Below, one piece after another: positions 60,951 through 64,000 of a stretch of DNA of 64,000 nucleotides. The stretch is taken from NCBI GenBank assembly GCA_010405405.1, contig MU004239.1, positions 744,001 through 808,000 of the forward strand, given 5' to 3'. How positions within the stretch are numbered: the stretch's first letter is position 1; each line of letters begins with the position of its first letter. The position numbers and the translations under genes are program-made. The DNA is from Microthyrium microscopicum. Lineage: Eukaryota. Under the pieces are notes generated by a model. The model saw nothing but the letters and a program-made list of their open reading frames with translations, ran no database searches and was not told the DNA's origin.

Positions 60951-63490
60951 TCATCGAATCTCAAATATGCCGTCGCCGATACATGATACTCGGCTTTCTC
61001 TCTGGAACTGCCTGGCTTGTCCATCCATCATTCCATGCACGTAGCATTCACCGATAAGCGTCCAATACCAGTCTTGACGAGCCTTACCCTGCCCTACTGG
61101 ATTATCGATTTTGATCTGACTGTTTTTTGGACGCTTCATAGATGGAGGTTCTTCATGTTCGTCGGGCTCTCGCGAGCGCTTGACGCTAGTAGAATCCTTG
61201 GAGTATGTTGTCAGACGAACATTGGCAATTGCCTCTAAGTTGGTTTCATTTTCCAAGGCGACAGGATCTTGAGTAGATGATCTTGCTTTTACTGAAGAAG
61301 GAGCCACATGGCTCTTTGCAGTCATCTCTTGCGAGGGTTCTAATATCGACCAGGCGAGCGCGTGGTCTCTTGCTTTGCTTGCAGAGTCTGATGCATCGAT
61401 GTTGGTTTTATCGAGATTTATGGACCATGTCATCTTAGGCGCATGCTCTTGTAATGACTCGTACGCTCTTTGGGCTGCTCGAGCTATTCGATTGGCTTTA
61501 CGCTCGCGATACCTTGCGACCAGTTGTTTAGCGACGTATTGTACAGCATTCTGTTGTCGATCTGCATCATCTCTCGCCTCGAGATCAAGATCGTCTTTGG
61601 TTTTGAAGTGTTTCCGAAGGACTACTGGCACACTACAGCCGTCTAGGATAGCAATGAAGTCGCTGTATAACGCGTTCTTTGGTACCAGACCAAGGAAACC
61701 AGTGCGTGTGCGCATTAGTCTTCTGTTCCAGATCACCGCCTGCACACGAGACAGGAACTCCGTGATGATTGTGCTTCCCTGTGCCAGCATGGTTGAAATG
61801 TCTAGAGTATCGTCAACAAAGTCTTGGAAAATCTCCCTGCATGCTCTCGGATAAAATGGCGGTGGTTCTTCATTATTGTGATTCCGGTTTGCGACAAGCG
61901 TTCGCCAGAATTCCTCAGGAGGGAGGTCGCCGCGGTTATGCCAATTCACTAGTTTGAGCCATTCGGGTGGTATGTTGCCTAGCTGTGAGGGTAATTCCAA
62001 TGTCTCAAGCTCACTCAAGATGAAGCCTTTAACAAACATGCTTCTGGAGACCGATTCGTGGAACCTAAAGACCTGGTTCCCTGTGGTCGGGCCAGGCTTA
62101 TATGAAGCATTGTATCGTAGCGTTCCGGGCATTCCTACAAGAGAATCGGCGTTACGTCTCACGAGTCTCTTGCCTACGCCCTCTCTTTCCACCAACCTGT
62201 GCGCAGATGTTGCCATGGTGCAGATCCAAGATGGGACTACTTCGTCTGTAGCGCCTGGCTCCGGGGCCCAAGGCCGGCACAGGATATCGAGCTTGTAAAA
62301 CGGACTGGCGTTGCTGATGCAAAAGGAAATGAAGCGCCTGTATACCGCGACATAAGGTGCTTCATAGTCGACAAGAAAGGCCACTTTCGCTGTATGACTT
62401 TCCCACCACTCCAGCATGAGCTTCTGCAAATAGACCGACGGGCCCTCAGAGGAGACGAGGAGTTCGTCTCTGGCCATCTCGCTTCCGCTCTGAGGATTGA
62501 GCCTGAAAGCATCGCTGGAGACCGACAACAAGGCATATATAATGTCATGGGAATTTGAGGTCTCGAACATGGTAAACGAAGTAACAAGATACTCAAGACT
62601 CCGGCCTGCTCGAGGTGCTGCGGCGTCATTCTTTCTTGAGAGTGCGCTTGTTGCTCTAATGAGTCGAATAGCGCCCAATGCCGGAGCTGCTCGCGTGCTG
62701 TACGCCATCACGTCTTGTGTTCTAGCGAATAATCGTGAGAGATTCAACGGCCCCTTCAGTGCCTGGTCTAGGAGTAGAATAGCCTCTGAAAACTGGCTCC
62801 AGGTGATTTCATCCCTACCGCTGAATATCGTAGCTGTGTGCTGGTCGGCGAGGGCAATCTCCTGAATGACCCAGCGTCTGCTAAACTTCTGATGATCAGA
62901 TCAGTCCATCCTAATATTATGAGAACAGCACCTACCCAAGGCCTCTCAGTGAAGCGGATTAGCGACATCCAATCTTCATCAAAGGCAGACTCTTGGCAAA
63001 GTCGGTCAAACTTCTGCAAAAGTAGCAAATGGTCCTGGATGAACGCAAAAGCCCGTCGACTGATAGCATCCTCGTCACCCAACCAGATCAAGACTCTTTG
63101 CGCTCGACCGTATATCTCCGACATCAGAGCCACTTGTCGACTCTTCTCTTGTAAATCATTTTGATGTATACATATCGTGTCAATCCATATTGTGCGGTAC
63201 TTATCAGGTAGCCTGAGCCTTCTAAGCGCTTGCTCGAGGTTCTTCGTTACCTTGAAGCAGAAGTCCCCGTTTTCGTCCCGGATTCGAATTGGATGTCTCG
63301 GCGGAACGGTGCCCCAGCACCACGAGATTGCTTCATAGGGAGCTTCTGCTTCGTTCTTGACTCGAAGCTCAACTACGATGTCCGCTTCCTTCGGTCTGGC
63401 CGGGTGAAGCCTTAGAAGTCGTATCTGGAAACCGCCAGCCTTCAGCGCAGAGCCATAGCTATAGGTCTCCAGTCCACAGTCAGTGCACAT
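60951..63490 (-). CDS. HET-domain protein (HET-6-like), 2 exons
   Basis: IRLLRL.P, YEAISWCWG, NL..ALRRLR, IWIDTICIHQ.D..EK..QV.LM.EIY, RPW|FSRRWVIQE, D.IYALL, PSW, G.LGLVP and IGECYVHGMMDG. Confidence 0.92.
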
Positions 63491-64000
63491 ATGTGCTGAA
63501 TGAAACTATTGATGGCAGAAAATAAAGGTTGATGAATATTCCGTTCGCTCCTGCAAGGGTTGGAGCCGACTCTTGAGGATGCGATCACGCTGAGATATCG
63601 CGAGGCTGTCACCGTCTCTAAATACGCCCGCGTGAGGGTGGCTGAGCTGCAGGACAGCCCTGGGCGGTCTTGTGCTTTCGTCTGCCCATATGACGCGCAA
63701 TGCCCAGTTGCAACAAGACCTGCAAGCTTCAACGCAGCCAGTAAGAAGTCATTACTGTTGATGCGCCGAAATGCGCGTATGAAAAAGAAGCCCGAAAGAT
63801 AGGCCTGTGGGCCTGTTGTTCTACCTTTCTGCTGATTTCCAACCCCTGAGAACTCGTTGAATCCAGTCCTCGTCTTCTTCCAAGCAAACAATAACGCTAT
63901 GATTGAATCGGCTAGAACTCCGCGCGAAGTTTGATACATAAGCAAAAAGAAAACGGCTGGATATACATAATAAGGCTTACGCTAACCAAGCATGGTTAGA

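Noticed and set aside
63442..63945. 167-aa ORF upstream of the HET gene
   Set aside because: No domain-like content and a different frame from the HET gene; probably promoter or UTR, though an extra 5' exon cannot be excluded.

Overview
Eukaryotic, intron-rich genomic DNA from a filamentous ascomycete (Pezizomycotina), judged from short GT..CTRAY..AG introns and fungus-type gene families. About 30 protein-coding genes are supported. Housekeeping genes: RAD14/XPA, PHO88/SND3, a MINDY deubiquitinase, a YIF1-SRP101 divergent pair and a NIPA Mg2+ transporter. Accessory metabolic or secreted genes: hydantoinase, metallo-beta-lactamase-fold hydrolase, FAD monooxygenase, CE5 esterase, GT71, cupin, cyanamide hydratase, CYP52-like P450, S28 peptidase, class II aldolase and tyrosinase. 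Non-self-recognition genes: a HeLo-like/NB-ARC/TPR NLR, an intact HET-domain gene and a 5'-truncated HET relic. Several small spliced genes are missed or split by the ORF track (8.3, 20.0, 30.2 and 33.8 kb). The most interesting region is 34.5-48 kb: a prion-like orphan, the truncated HET gene, a large secreted glycosidase-like protein of unassigned family and the NLR lie side by side. Two apparent pseudo-enzymes (aspartic protease, SDR) flank the hydantoinase/MBL pair at 0-6.3 kb. No tRNA, rRNA, CRISPR array or intact transposon was recognised. Family calls come from motifs read by eye and exon boundaries were inferred manually; no database search was run.
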